Of a stretch of 64,000 bases of DNA, positions 8,300 to 18,028 are shown in pieces (position 1 is the first letter of the stretch; the number at the start of each line of letters is the position of its first letter). This DNA comes from a virus: IMG/VR virus record IMGVR_UViG_3300002225_000004; one strand, given 5' to 3'. The notes beneath the pieces are model-generated. The model worked only from the letters and a program-made list of their open reading frames with translations, ran no database searches and was not told where the DNA came from. The position numbers were made by a program, and so were the translations under genes.

Positions 8300-9674
8300 G
8301 CATCAGATCCTTGCAGTGGAGATGCTGCGTGAGTCCTTCAAGCGTCACAAACGGACGATCCTTAATGCAGGAACAGGGTTTGGTAAGTCGATCACCGCCG
8401 TCTTCATAGGTGTGGAGACGGTGAAGCGGGGAAATAATATTATTTTTCTAGTGCATCGGAAGGAGATCCTTCAACAGTTCTTCAAGACATTCAAATGGTT
8501 TGGGGTTACTCCAAGTTTAATCATACCCGGCAAGAAGCATACGCCTAATCAGCCAGTCTATCTAGGTATGGTTGAGACATATCGGAGGCGGATGAAGCAG
8601 CCAGGATTCATCGAGTCTCTCAATGCCCCTCTTCTTATATGTGATGAGGTGCATTGGGGATCGTATGAGTCAGTAGTCAATTGCTTTCCGGGTAGAGTGA
8701 TAGGCTTGAGCGCAACACCGAAGGCGGCAAGCGGTCAGGACTTGAACAAATACTTTGATGACTGCGTATGTCCTGTGTCTGTGCCTGAGTTAATCAATCA
8801 GGGATACCTCATGCCGGGGATGACCTTCTCTATTGAACATGACTTTTCTAAGCTTAAGTTGAAGGGCAAGGACTTTAATGCTGAGGATCTGTATCAGGAG
8901 TTCAAGTCACCTACCTTGTTTGAGGGATGCCTCGAAGAGTATGAGAAACATTGCAAAGATAAGAAGGCTATCGTCTACTCAGTGAATGTTCAGCACTCAA
9001 TTGAAACGTGCGAGATGTTTACTGAGGCAGGCTATCAGTGCTGGCATGTTGACGCTACTTCCACCCATCGTAACGAAATCTTTGAGGCGTTTGCCGAATC
9101 AAAGAAGGGCATACTATTCAACGTAGGTATTGCCACTACTGGATACGATGAGCCTAGTGTTGAGTGCATCATTGAGAACTTCGCTACCGCTCAACTGACC
9201 AAGCATCATCAGGTGGTAGGCAGAGGAGCGAGACCATGTGAAGAGATTGATAAGAAACAGTTCCACATCATTGACATGGGTAGGAACTACATGAGACATG
9301 GATTGTATGGTGAGGATATAGATTGGATTGAGATCTTCAACAACCCTAAGCTAGCCAAGTCGAAGAAGGAAGAGAAGGAAGCAAGCAATACAGAGTGTCG
9401 ATTGTGCGGCGCATTGATTAAGATAACAATGAAGGCGTGTCCCTACTGTCTGACTCCGGTGACAGAGAAGCAGGTAGAGGATGCCATCATGGAGAAGGGC
9501 GACACAAAACAGATAAAAGAATACCGACTACAGAACATGCCTCCTGATCTGCGAGGTATGAAACCGGGACATATGTCATACCAACAACTGAAGGAGTATG
9601 CTAAGCATATGAACTACAAGCCGGGATGGATCGGAATGCAGATGGGATTAAGAAACAGATACAATAGAAAATGA
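8286..9674 (+). CDS. SF2 (DExH) helicase with C-terminal Zn finger
   Basis: LREHQ, GTGFGKS, DEVH, LSATP, QVVGRGAR, CxxC...CPYC. Confidence 0.92.
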   Translation: MKLREHQILAVEMLRESFKRHKRTILNAGTGFGKSITAVFIGVETVKRGNNIIFLVHRKEILQQFFKTFKWFGVTPSLIIPGKKHTPNQPVYLGMVETYRRRMKQPGFIESLNAPLLICDEVHWGSYESVVNCFPGRVIGLSATPKAASGQDLNKYFDDCVCPVSVPELINQGYLMPGMTFSIEHDFSKLKLKGKDFNAEDLYQEFKSPTLFEGCLEEYEKHCKDKKAIVYSVNVQHSIETCEMFTEAGYQCWHVDATSTHRNEIFEAFAESKKGILFNVGIATTGYDEPSVECIIENFATAQLTKHHQVVGRGARPCEEIDKKQFHIIDMGRNYMRHGLYGEDIDWIEIFNNPKLAKSKKEEKEASNTECRLCGALIKITMKACPYCLTPVTEKQVEDAIMEKGDTKQIKEYRLQNMPPDLRGMKPGHMSYQQLKEYAKHMNYKPGWIGMQMGLRNRYNRK

Positions 9675-10087
9675 ATGATGCAGATAAACTATGGTCAGTC
9701 TTACTTGACAATGTGTATGATACGATCGAGATCAGGAGAGATCAACTGAAAGATTCAAAGGAATTAAACTTTGTGTTTTGCTTGACATGCTGTGGCGATA
9801 GCGAGAAGAAAAAACTATTAGCTAACATCGGGCGAATACTCGAATTGATTGCTTATGTTGGATCAGGAATATCTCTTGCCGTCACTAATAATTACTGTAA
9901 GGATGACAATCCTAACTTAGATAAAGCTAAGATTACTATCACTAGAAATAGGAATGCGAATAGTGATGAGCTTGTAAGCCTTCTCAGGAAAGCCATGTCC
10001 TTCGGCAGTTTGCCTCATGCTCTTGAGAAAGAAATTGAAGAGGCTATGCCTGATGAGAGAGTAGAAACCGTTAGTAAGAGATATTAA
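9671..10087 (+). CDS. Hypothetical protein
   Basis: ATGA overlap. Confidence 0.65.
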   Translation: MNDADKLWSVLLDNVYDTIEIRRDQLKDSKELNFVFCLTCCGDSEKKKLLANIGRILELIAYVGSGISLAVTNNYCKDDNPNLDKAKITITRNRNANSDELVSLLRKAMSFGSLPHALEKEIEEAMPDERVETVSKRY

Positions 10088-10312
10088 ATGAAATCAAAAT
10101 ATGGATTGAAGATGAGCGCTGGAGCAATAGCTGCATCACTCCATCACGACGCTGTTGAGCGACATCACGATCAAGCTGAAGTTACATGGGAGAAGAAGCA
10201 TACGCATTTCTACAAGGATGTAACTCCAGCAACTAGGACTCATGCTCAGGGTAGGAATTCTAAATGTGAGTGTGGAAGTGGATTGAAATACAAACGCTGC
10301 TGCATGAAATGA
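10088..10312 (+). CDS. SEC-C motif protein
   Basis: GRNSKCECGSGLKYKRCC. Confidence 0.85.
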   Translation: MKSKYGLKMSAGAIAASLHHDAVERHHDQAEVTWEKKHTHFYKDVTPATRTHAQGRNSKCECGSGLKYKRCCMK

Positions 10313-10563
10313 AAACTTACTGGACTATGGAGGGGGGTGGGCGCATCAAGATCAAGGAGATGACTACCTCTCACATTGAGAACACGTTGAAGATGCTTGA
10401 GCGCCAGCAAGAAAACATAGATGAATCACTAGCTGCTTCTTCATTGCGAGGAGAGATGGCACAATACTATGCCGAGAGAGACGCGCTTCATAATGAACGT
10501 CTTGGATGTGGGCATTCATGCTACCGTCCATTACTAAACGAACTAGAAAGAAGGAAAAAATAA
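10309..10563 (+). CDS. Hypothetical protein
   Basis: ATG 10309 overlaps the upstream TGA; stop lies within the palindrome. Confidence 0.65.
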   Translation: MKTYWTMEGGGRIKIKEMTTSHIENTLKMLERQQENIDESLAASSLRGEMAQYYAERDALHNERLGCGHSCYRPLLNELERRKK

Positions 10564-10601
10564 TATTATTTACTTGATTTAATCCATGAAAAGATTAAGC
10601 T

Positions 10602-10826
10602 ATGAACATGAACGTCCCAGTAATACCTGAGTCGAAGCCCCAAGCGTATGTTATTAACGTCTACTCCGAGCGGAGTGGGTCTGACATCCATCGGGTAACC
10701 GACGCAACTATCGAGGAGCTACAAGACATCGTTGTCTTCATGCATACTCAACTTGAAGAGTCCAAGAGATTAACAGAGCGGTCTCTTAGTGGAGTGAACC
10801 GGGCTCTAGGCTATGACGAGATATGA
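10602..10826 (+). CDS. Hypothetical protein
   Basis: ORF in operon context. Confidence 0.6.
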   Translation: MNMNVPVIPESKPQAYVINVYSERSGSDIHRVTDATIEELQDIVVFMHTQLEESKRLTERSLSGVNRALGYDEI

Positions 10827-11149
10827 CAGAGAGAAAATTTGTCCTCCTTCAGATGGGGGACGTTATTAAACACAAAGGCATTCACGGCGACCGCCTCTTC
10901 GTGGTGACCGGAAACCACGGAGGGCATGTCACCGCTGTAGCTAGCGTTAATGCTACTAACCCTGCCGAATGGGATCTGCTTATTAGCGGAGGGAAGAAGC
11001 ACGCCAACCCGGATCAGTGTAGCAACTGCCGATACTATCAGGAGGGCAAAGTAAGCTCAGTTAGTGGAGGATTAACTAGCGGATTCTGCTCCTGTGATTT
11101 TCGTAATGTGAAACCTCAAGATATTTGTGACGAATATGACAAAGGTTGA
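10823..11149 (+). CDS. Hypothetical protein with C-terminal Cys cluster
   Basis: CSNCRYY...GFC...C. Confidence 0.65.
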   Translation: MTERKFVLLQMGDVIKHKGIHGDRLFVVTGNHGGHVTAVASVNATNPAEWDLLISGGKKHANPDQCSNCRYYQEGKVSSVSGGLTSGFCSCDFRNVKPQDICDEYDKG

Positions 11150-11690
11150 ATATGAAAATCAATTCTTCCTCGCCCCAATCAAGGGATGGACATACCATGA
11201 AAACGGAAAACCAATCAAAGGATGGGACTCAACACACAAACTCTACTCAACAGGTGGTCTCATCTGGAGGGAGGCGGTGCTTAGCTTTGCGAAGACTCTG
11301 CCCAATGTTGAGTGCCGAGAGACAACGCTGCTATATGTATGTGATTCTTATGATTGTCCTGTTGGCCCGATGCGTGACCTACCTCATGACATGCTGATCC
11401 GAAATAATATTATTTTTCCCAAGGAGTTAAGGGATAACGGATTCGATACATGGGATGAAGGAATGGCGGCGCTGGGAAAAATAGAAAGATACTACAAGAC
11501 AATCAAGACATGCAAGATCAAGAAGAGCCTGAAGAAACTATTGATACACCTATGGCATCCAGTGATGATGTCGGAGGAAGCGGAGAGGAAACGGAGTATG
11601 AGCGATACGTTCGAGAAAGAAGCGAGGCAAAGAGAATCAAAGGACTCCCTAAGAAACGCACTCCTCTTAGACGATCAGGAAAACCCCTAA
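11136..11690 (+). CDS. Hypothetical protein
   Basis: Contains an in-frame palindrome (RNNIIFP); 3' end overlaps the next gene. Confidence 0.6.
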   Translation: MTKVEYENQFFLAPIKGWTYHENGKPIKGWDSTHKLYSTGGLIWREAVLSFAKTLPNVECRETTLLYVCDSYDCPVGPMRDLPHDMLIRNNIIFPKELRDNGFDTWDEGMAALGKIERYYKTIKTCKIKKSLKKLLIHLWHPVMMSEEAERKRSMSDTFEKEARQRESKDSLRNALLLDDQENP

Positions 11691-12013
11691 AGAAAACGAA
11701 GCTCCGACCCATAAGTAAACGGCACTCAGTAAAACTAAAGGAATACAAGAGGGCCAGGAAGGAACACTACAAGGATGAGGACAATAGATCATGTGCTATA
11801 TGTGGCACTGAGAATAATCTATCCGTCCATCACAAGAAGGGACGCAACGAACATATTGCTGATGTGGATACGTTCGTCACGTTATGCATAGTGGGTAACT
11901 GCCCACATGGAAACTCAATGTTGAGTGGTTTGAACCCAGCAAACGGAACAGGGTGTCATGGATTCGTCCATGCTAATCCTGACTGGGCAAGAGAGAAAGG
12001 ATACATAGAATGA
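11552..12013 (+). CDS. HNH-fold protein with basic N-terminus (NinG/Ref-like)
   Basis: RTPLRR...LRPISK; CAICG...SVHHKKGR...LC...CHGFVH; start uncertain. Confidence 0.7.
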   Translation: MASSDDVGGSGEETEYERYVRERSEAKRIKGLPKKRTPLRRSGKPLKKTKLRPISKRHSVKLKEYKRARKEHYKDEDNRSCAICGTENNLSVHHKKGRNEHIADVDTFVTLCIVGNCPHGNSMLSGLNPANGTGCHGFVHANPDWAREKGYIE

Positions 12014-12216
12014 AAGAAGTAAGAATAGTTTTAATGTGCATGTTGTTTGTAATCTGTTTGCTAGCTGCTACGATATGGCTTTCGATTACATACAATGAAG
12101 AGTATTCCGAATGGGAGAAGCTCTACTGGGAGGGAGGCGAGCCAGTCATGGTAGATGGAATGCAGATTATGATCAAGCGAGTCGATGGAAAGACTATAGT
12201 TGGGAGGGATGAGTGA
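12010..12216 (+). CDS. Small membrane protein
   Basis: N-terminal hydrophobic helix. Confidence 0.65.
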   Translation: MKEVRIVLMCMLFVICLLAATIWLSITYNEEYSEWEKLYWEGGEPVMVDGMQIMIKRVDGKTIVGRDE

Positions 12217-12674
12217 GCATCTCCCGCGACCGAAAGCATGAGGCTCCAGAAATACTGCAAATTAGTCACCTTTTTGCTTGCAAGAACAAGAGGATTATGC
12301 TAAAGTCTAATACAGATGAGCCGCTAGTGGCTCTGTCTAAGTTAAACTTTGACGAGAAAATAATATTATTGTTTGCCGGATATGACCATGACCACAACGC
12401 TTCATTCAAATGTGAAAACGCTATCGTCCACTGTAACCAGTGGGTAACATTCTCCCTCTTCTTCAAGCGACTAGAGTTCCCAATGGACTTTATCATAATG
12501 GATCGAGTAGACCAGTGGGATCTGAAACGTAAGAAGAAAGACATCGGAAGAATCCGAACACCAATCATCGCAAGGATGAACAAGAAAAGACTACAAGGAA
12601 CCAACATAATCTTTACCATTATGGGTGATGATGTTGGGCTTGAGGAACAGATGGATGAAGTCATCACAATTTAA
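12213..12674 (+). CDS. Hypothetical protein
   Basis: GTGA overlap; in-frame palindrome (EKIILLF). Confidence 0.6.
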   Translation: MSISRDRKHEAPEILQISHLFACKNKRIMLKSNTDEPLVALSKLNFDEKIILLFAGYDHDHNASFKCENAIVHCNQWVTFSLFFKRLEFPMDFIIMDRVDQWDLKRKKKDIGRIRTPIIARMNKKRLQGTNIIFTIMGDDVGLEEQMDEVITI

Positions 12675-12875
12675 ACACTCTCAGGCTGTTCAATAGATAG
12701 CTTATCACTAACGATAAGTGAACAGCTAAAGACAATGGGAAGGCAGCTTCAATTTGCAGCGAATCAAATAGAAACATAACATATAGTCTGACTGCTTGGG
12801 AGCGGTGCGACATAGTGTTACTGCTGCGCTTCCCGAATTTTCCTAGGACAAGACAAACGACAACAAGAAAAACAA

Positions 12876-13919
12876 ATGAGTATTAGTAGACCAAGTGAAC
12901 GAATGGCTCGACCAGCCAAGAAGTATATTAAGTTCAATGGGGCGGAGGACGATGGGTTCTTCTCCTATTGGGAGAAGTTCGGAGTAGATGACAAGAGATA
13001 TTCCGAAGACAACAAGGGACAGAATGTTCAGATCGACATTAGTGGAGGCATCGTCCTTGAAGGCGACCTGCATACGGTGACGGGATATGATAAGCGGAAT
13101 GGATTCTGCTGGTCTAATGAGGTTCGTGATGTTGAGGATGAATTGATCGTTCGCTATCATGGACAGAAGAGACCTGTTGCCACTGGTAACTGGAAAACAG
13201 TAAAGGATGAGATGGGTGATAAAGCTAAGTTCACCAAGTCTATCTACCTTTATCTTGATGGAGAGATCGTCAATGTCCACCTCTCTGGCGGTTGCCTTAA
13301 TTCATGGTTCAATGACATCCAAGCGAACCGACATCTGATGGGGACTAACTACATCCGTGTCAAGTCAATTGAATCAGGCAAGCAAGGCAAGGTTGAGTTT
13401 ACCTTTCCGATCTTTGAATTCGGTGAGCCAATCCCTAAGAGCGAACTCAACGCTGCTATCGGTGCGGATGAAGAGATCCTTCAGCCATACCTTGATAAAT
13501 ACTTTGAGGGTGCAACTGAGCAGAAGGACAATGATCGAACTGATGATTCTCCAACCGACAATGAAGGGTGGAGAGACTTCGATTCCCGTGAAGGGAAGCT
13601 CGGTAGCCTTATGATCTCAAGCATCAAGGCTCTTGCTGTTGCACTTGAAGAGACTGGCGCTGCCGATACAGATGAATACAACATGGTGTCGCAAGCCCTT
13701 GCTGACTACCGTGCTGCAATGAAGACTTGGCCAGATAAGAAGTCTAAAGGCAGAAGCCTTGAGGACTTCTCGCTTGCCGAGATCACTGACCTGTATAACA
13801 ACATCATGAAGCAGGCACCAGCTCACCCTTCGCGTCTCTTCGTTGAAGCAGCACTGCAAGCCAAGGAAGAAGAGGAAGCTGAAAAGAATTCCTTCGACGA
13901 CGATGACATCCCATTCTGA
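12876..13919 (+). CDS. Putative single-stranded DNA-binding or recombination protein
   Basis: Ends in the SSB-type acidic tip SFDDDDIPF. Confidence 0.6.
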   Translation: MSISRPSERMARPAKKYIKFNGAEDDGFFSYWEKFGVDDKRYSEDNKGQNVQIDISGGIVLEGDLHTVTGYDKRNGFCWSNEVRDVEDELIVRYHGQKRPVATGNWKTVKDEMGDKAKFTKSIYLYLDGEIVNVHLSGGCLNSWFNDIQANRHLMGTNYIRVKSIESGKQGKVEFTFPIFEFGEPIPKSELNAAIGADEEILQPYLDKYFEGATEQKDNDRTDDSPTDNEGWRDFDSREGKLGSLMISSIKALAVALEETGAADTDEYNMVSQALADYRAAMKTWPDKKSKGRSLEDFSLAEITDLYNNIMKQAPAHPSRLFVEAALQAKEEEEAEKNSFDDDDIPF

Positions 13920-14008
13920 TAAATAATATTATTTATTGCAACTCTCCGCAAGTATGCGGCACTGGCCCGGTGGTAGGGCAACCAAGACAAACAAGCACAA
14001 AGATAAAC

Positions 14009-15433
14009 ATGAAAATTGAAAACGTATTGACACAAGACGAGAACGGTGAGATCGGTGAACTTTGCAAGAAGGATTACTTGAAGGCTATCGTCAAGGAGAT
14101 GGAAGTTAAAGCATACCAAGACGAGCGCGTCGGTATCGTTGACCCTATCAAGATCGTGTCAACTATCTTCACTGCTGCCGCCAAGGGAGCAGAGCAAGCT
14201 GAACAGCTTACTGATGACTATCAGGAAGTTATCGACCGCATCACTGAGGATGTGGAGTTCACGACCAAGACTCTTGAGGAGCGCAAGACTGCTGCTGCTG
14301 ATGAGAAGGCTGCTGCCAAGAAGCAGAAGGAAGAAGAGAAAGCGAAGAAGGAAAAGGACGCGGCTGAACTTGCCGAGCGCCAGACTGGATTCGTTGCCGC
14401 CGTGTCTGAAGGTGCCGACAAGGCTGCCGAACAGTTCATGGGTGAGCTTGAAGCACTGAAGGAAAACCTTCCTGAGTCGGTTGCTATTGCCCGTGACGGT
14501 GATGGCTACGGCATCAACCTGAAGGAAGGTGCGTCTGACGAGGACTTGGGTAGTGCTATCGGTTACTTCATCGGGACCAGCGAGAACTCTCAGTTCTTGG
14601 CTAACCAGATCCAATGGTTCATTGGTGACTTGGCTGGTGCTGCTGTCGCAAAGGGCCTGTATAAGACTGCGCTCGAAGCATCGAAGTGCATCTCTACATT
14701 CCTTGCCGAGAAGGGAACCCGCATGGCTCCCGGTGCTATCGATACTTATCGTCGCATGTCTGACCGGACTGAGGTTTCCCTTCGTAACCCGAAGGCTGAT
14801 CCTACTGCTTACCTTGAACTCTCCCGTATGAAGCGTCCTAAGAAGGGCGACAAGGAGACCAAGGAAGCTTTCGCTGGTCGTCAGGAAGAATTCGAGAAGG
14901 ACATCAAGGAAGTTCAACAGAAGCTGTCCGATGGTGAGATCCTCCAGCGCAAGGAGATCCTCCCCGCTGCTCAGGAAATCAAGTATAAGCACGGCATCGA
15001 GGAGCGTCCTGATCCTAATGAAGTCACCGTCTCTGCTACCGACATGTTGAAGATCGTGGTCTTCGGGCAGATCTTCCTTGAAGAGGCGGTCGGAAACTAC
15101 ACCGATGAAGAAGGCGTGGTCCAAGAGGGCAAGCTTTGCTTCATTGATCCGAAGAATCCCACCGACAAGGTGTGGGTTACCGCCACTGAGATGGAAGCTA
15201 AGGTGGAAGAGGCGAAGAGCAACCTCATGAACATCTTCCTTAAGGGTAAGAAGTTCTCCGTTGAGGAAGTTCTTCAAGGATTCCGCAAGGAAGAGAAGGA
15301 TGTTCCTGTTGGCACTGATGGTGACGGCAAGGCCATCACTGAGAAGCGCATGGTCTCTGTGCCTGTGCTGATCCCAGCCTTCTTCCCATTCGAGTCCGCT
15401 TCAACGGACGAAACCGAAAATGCAACCGACTAA
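14009..15433 (+). CDS. Highly expressed-style hypothetical protein (helical, coiled coil)
   Basis: Strong AAG/GAG/ATC/TTC codon bias; A-rich leader; own terminator. Confidence 0.85.
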   Translation: MKIENVLTQDENGEIGELCKKDYLKAIVKEMEVKAYQDERVGIVDPIKIVSTIFTAAAKGAEQAEQLTDDYQEVIDRITEDVEFTTKTLEERKTAAADEKAAAKKQKEEEKAKKEKDAAELAERQTGFVAAVSEGADKAAEQFMGELEALKENLPESVAIARDGDGYGINLKEGASDEDLGSAIGYFIGTSENSQFLANQIQWFIGDLAGAAVAKGLYKTALEASKCISTFLAEKGTRMAPGAIDTYRRMSDRTEVSLRNPKADPTAYLELSRMKRPKKGDKETKEAFAGRQEEFEKDIKEVQQKLSDGEILQRKEILPAAQEIKYKHGIEERPDPNEVTVSATDMLKIVVFGQIFLEEAVGNYTDEEGVVQEGKLCFIDPKNPTDKVWVTATEMEAKVEEAKSNLMNIFLKGKKFSVEEVLQGFRKEEKDVPVGTDGDGKAITEKRMVSVPVLIPAFFPFESASTDETENATD

Positions 15434-15459
15434 ATAATATTATTTAAGTCTAGGTAATG

Positions 15460-15499
15460 AGGCGGCACTTGATCTAATCCAGATTGGGTGCCGCCTTTT
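15460..15499 (+). terminator. Intrinsic terminator
   Basis: AGGCGGCAC...GTGCCGCCT stem followed by TTT. Confidence 0.7.
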
Positions 15500-15507
15500 C
15501 TATAGAT

Positions 15508-16029
15508 ATGAAGGAGATAAGAACATGCTGCAAGTGTGGATGCTCGTATGACTACGATTCCAAGGCTAAGAAGGGATCATCATCAAGATGCTGTGGGAAA
15601 TGCACCAAGCAAAACTCTAGCGCAAGGACCAGGAGATACATGATAGACGCAGCCGGAGGTTCATGTCGTGCCTGCGGTTATGATGCAGATCCTTTCGCTA
15701 TCATGTTTGTTAGCCCTGTAGTAGAGCTAGTCAAGAAGAGAGCCCCAACAAAAGGAAGGGAGCGAATCAGATGGGCGGCGACACAGATTCCACTGTGCGT
15801 TAGATGCATTAGGGAACTGAAGAACGAGTTCATTAAGATGAAAGTATATGACGCCAAGGCTAGACCAGTCAAGGTGTCGTTCTTTACTGATGATGTAACC
15901 GAGGTGAGCCACCTCAAACCAACTGAACTCCTGTCAGCGAATCAGGAGATTGAGATTGTTCATGAGCGCGAGGAAACTTCAAAAGAAATCAGAACGATTG
16001 GTTCTGACAAGGTTAAAGAAATTAACTAA
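15508..16029 (+). CDS. Zn-binding, degenerate HNH-like protein
   Basis: CCKC...CCGKC; CRACGY...AIMFVSP...LCVRC, lacking the usual His residues. Confidence 0.55.
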   Translation: MKEIRTCCKCGCSYDYDSKAKKGSSSRCCGKCTKQNSSARTRRYMIDAAGGSCRACGYDADPFAIMFVSPVVELVKKRAPTKGRERIRWAATQIPLCVRCIRELKNEFIKMKVYDAKARPVKVSFFTDDVTEVSHLKPTELLSANQEIEIVHEREETSKEIRTIGSDKVKEIN

Positions 16030-16183
16030 GAACCCACCAGACTCCTGCCCGGAGTGCATATTCGGAGATGACTTTGAATTGCTGGACTGGTTTAACCTCC
16101 AAGCGAAACCGATTTGGAGATGCAAGAGATGCAAGAAAATGTTTAAATACGAACCACTAATACTAGATGACGATGACGAATAA
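15950..16183 (+). CDS. Small Zn-ribbon protein (start uncertain)
   Basis: CPEC...CKRC; acidic end. Confidence 0.45.
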   Translation: MRLFMSARKLQKKSERLVLTRLKKLTKNPPDSCPECIFGDDFELLDWFNLQAKPIWRCKRCKKMFKYEPLILDDDDE

Positions 16184-17090
16184 AGATTTGGTAATTTACC
16201 ACAACAAAGATAACGATGGCTACTGCTCAGGAACAATTGCTTACATGGCGCTGATCAATCAAGGTCGGCACGTTGACTTGCTCGGATGGAACTACGGGGA
16301 TGACGTTCCTAAGTTAGATCCAACTGCATACGACCATGTGTATATGGTTGACATCACCTTCCCGCTTAGTAATCTGCGCGAATTGAATAGTAGATTCGGA
16401 AAGCGACTTACGATCATCGATCATCATAAGTCATTCATTGATGCTGTGATGGAAGATGAATTCGATGAACTTGAATGCGAGCTGATTCTTAATGATGATA
16501 GCGCAGCGTGTGAACTGACATGGCATTACTTCAATACCAAACCTGTCCCTCTTGCCGTGTATGCTATCGCAGTGATGGACATCTATCGGAAAGATCCTGA
16601 TCCTATTGGGCCGTTGAGAACATTCAATCACTACAAGTTAGTAGGTGCGGCAATGTATGCAAGACTTGGGGACATCGATAACGATGAGTCTCTCGGTCTG
16701 TGGGTGGAGCGTATAAACTACTATAACGCGGAGTGTGCTATTCGTGACTTGGAGCTTGGGGAGATCCTCCAGCGCGGTCAGAAAGAGAAAGGAAAGCTTC
16801 TGTCCGCTTCGTCAGTAGTGGTTACTATCGCAGGTATCCCATTCAATGTAATGAACTCTTATGGGAATAAGTTTATCACAATCAAGAACGGGTTCCCTCT
16901 TCTATTCTTCATGCATGACATGCACGGTGGGATCATTTGTTCGTTGATTCAGAATGAATACATGGGGACCGAGTATTGTATCTTGAATATCGCAAAGGGA
17001 TTCGGAGGAGGCGGGCATCCTAATGCTTGCGGTTTCTCATTGCCTGTTGATGAGTTTATGATGTTCCTTAAAAATAATATTATTTCATGA
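16167..17090 (+). CDS. DHH/DHHA1 family phosphoesterase
   Basis: YHNKDNDG, MVD, IDHH, GGGGHPNACGF. Confidence 0.9.
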   Translation: MTMTNKDLVIYHNKDNDGYCSGTIAYMALINQGRHVDLLGWNYGDDVPKLDPTAYDHVYMVDITFPLSNLRELNSRFGKRLTIIDHHKSFIDAVMEDEFDELECELILNDDSAACELTWHYFNTKPVPLAVYAIAVMDIYRKDPDPIGPLRTFNHYKLVGAAMYARLGDIDNDESLGLWVERINYYNAECAIRDLELGEILQRGQKEKGKLLSASSVVVTIAGIPFNVMNSYGNKFITIKNGFPLLFFMHDMHGGIICSLIQNEYMGTEYCILNIAKGFGGGGHPNACGFSLPVDEFMMFLKNNIIS

Positions 17091-17506
17091 AGTCAGCAGA
17101 CGGATTATTCAAGGTCGGTGCAAAGCTTAGTGCTATGTATCCAGATAAGTATTGGGATGACGTAATGGAATCAACTAGCGCAAGGTCGATGTTCCTTAAG
17201 CATAGTATTGATGCGTTTGAATTACGTCTGATTAGGAATGGATACACTAACCATGTCGCTCCAGCCGAATGCCCTAGCCCTGATGCTCCATTCCCATTCG
17301 GCAAGCCTAAGAACTATGGGCGTAGGTATCGGGATGTTCATCCAGATTATTACAAGTGGTTCTTGAGTGAGGAGTGGTGCGACAAATGGCCACAGGTTCT
17401 CGCTTACTGTAAGTTCTATAAGGATGCGTTGGAAGCTAAGTCTCTTCAGTTAGCGTTTGAGGAGGATGAAGTGAAAGGGATCTTGAAGGATATAAATAAT
17501 CTATGA
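17087..17506 (+). CDS. Hypothetical protein with PFGK...P.DY..W motif
   Basis: FPFGKPKNYGRRYRDVHPDYYKWFL resembles the DUF3820/ExoX C-terminal motif. Confidence 0.6.
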   Translation: MKSADGLFKVGAKLSAMYPDKYWDDVMESTSARSMFLKHSIDAFELRLIRNGYTNHVAPAECPSPDAPFPFGKPKNYGRRYRDVHPDYYKWFLSEEWCDKWPQVLAYCKFYKDALEAKSLQLAFEEDEVKGILKDINNL

Positions 17507-17769
17507 AAGCAATAGGAAAAAACTTAATCGTAATCCCGCTTAAAGCGGAGAAGGGTGTAATCGAAACACCTGCAACAGTGCTTGAGACTCATGCCAAGGC
17601 AGAGGTTCTTGAGCTGGGAACAGGGGTGTCCGGTTTTGACTTTGAAGTCAAGGTAGGAGACATCGTAATAATAGACTTGAGGATGGCTATCCCTATATCG
17701 TGGACGAAAGACCATGATGATAAACGGATGGTAGTAGATCATGATGACATTCTCGGGAGGCATGAGTAG
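17503..17769 (+). CDS. groES: GroES-like co-chaperonin
   Basis: KAIGKNLIV...AEVLELGTG...VKVGDIVI...DHDDILG. Confidence 0.8.
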   Translation: MKAIGKNLIVIPLKAEKGVIETPATVLETHAKAEVLELGTGVSGFDFEVKVGDIVIIDLRMAIPISWTKDHDDKRMVVDHDDILGRHE

Positions 17770-18028
17770 CTTTAGTGAGTTCTGCAAACTGAGGGAAGGG
17801 ACACTGTTTGTGTTCAGCCGACAAGCACAGAACTCTTTATACTACATCAAAGAGCAACAGAAGGGGTTGGTCCTAGTTCAAGAATTTACTGGGAACCTAC
17901 CGCCACAAGCAATAACAAAAGAAATATGGGCTCAGAACAAGATAAGCATATACAAGATCTACACTATAGAAGATATGAATATGCTTGAGCTGACCCTAGC
18001 AACATTAATCGGACTATTAGAATTATGA
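17762..18028 (+). CDS. Hypothetical protein
   Basis: Overlap-coupled ORF. Confidence 0.6.
   Translation: MSSFSEFCKLREGTLFVFSRQAQNSLYYIKEQQKGLVLVQEFTGNLPPQAITKEIWAQNKISIYKIYTIEDMNMLELTLATLIGLLEL

Noticed and set aside
14159-15277. 372-aa minus-strand ORF
   Set aside because: Antisense shadow of the codon-biased 14009 gene; L/F/V-rich nonsense composition
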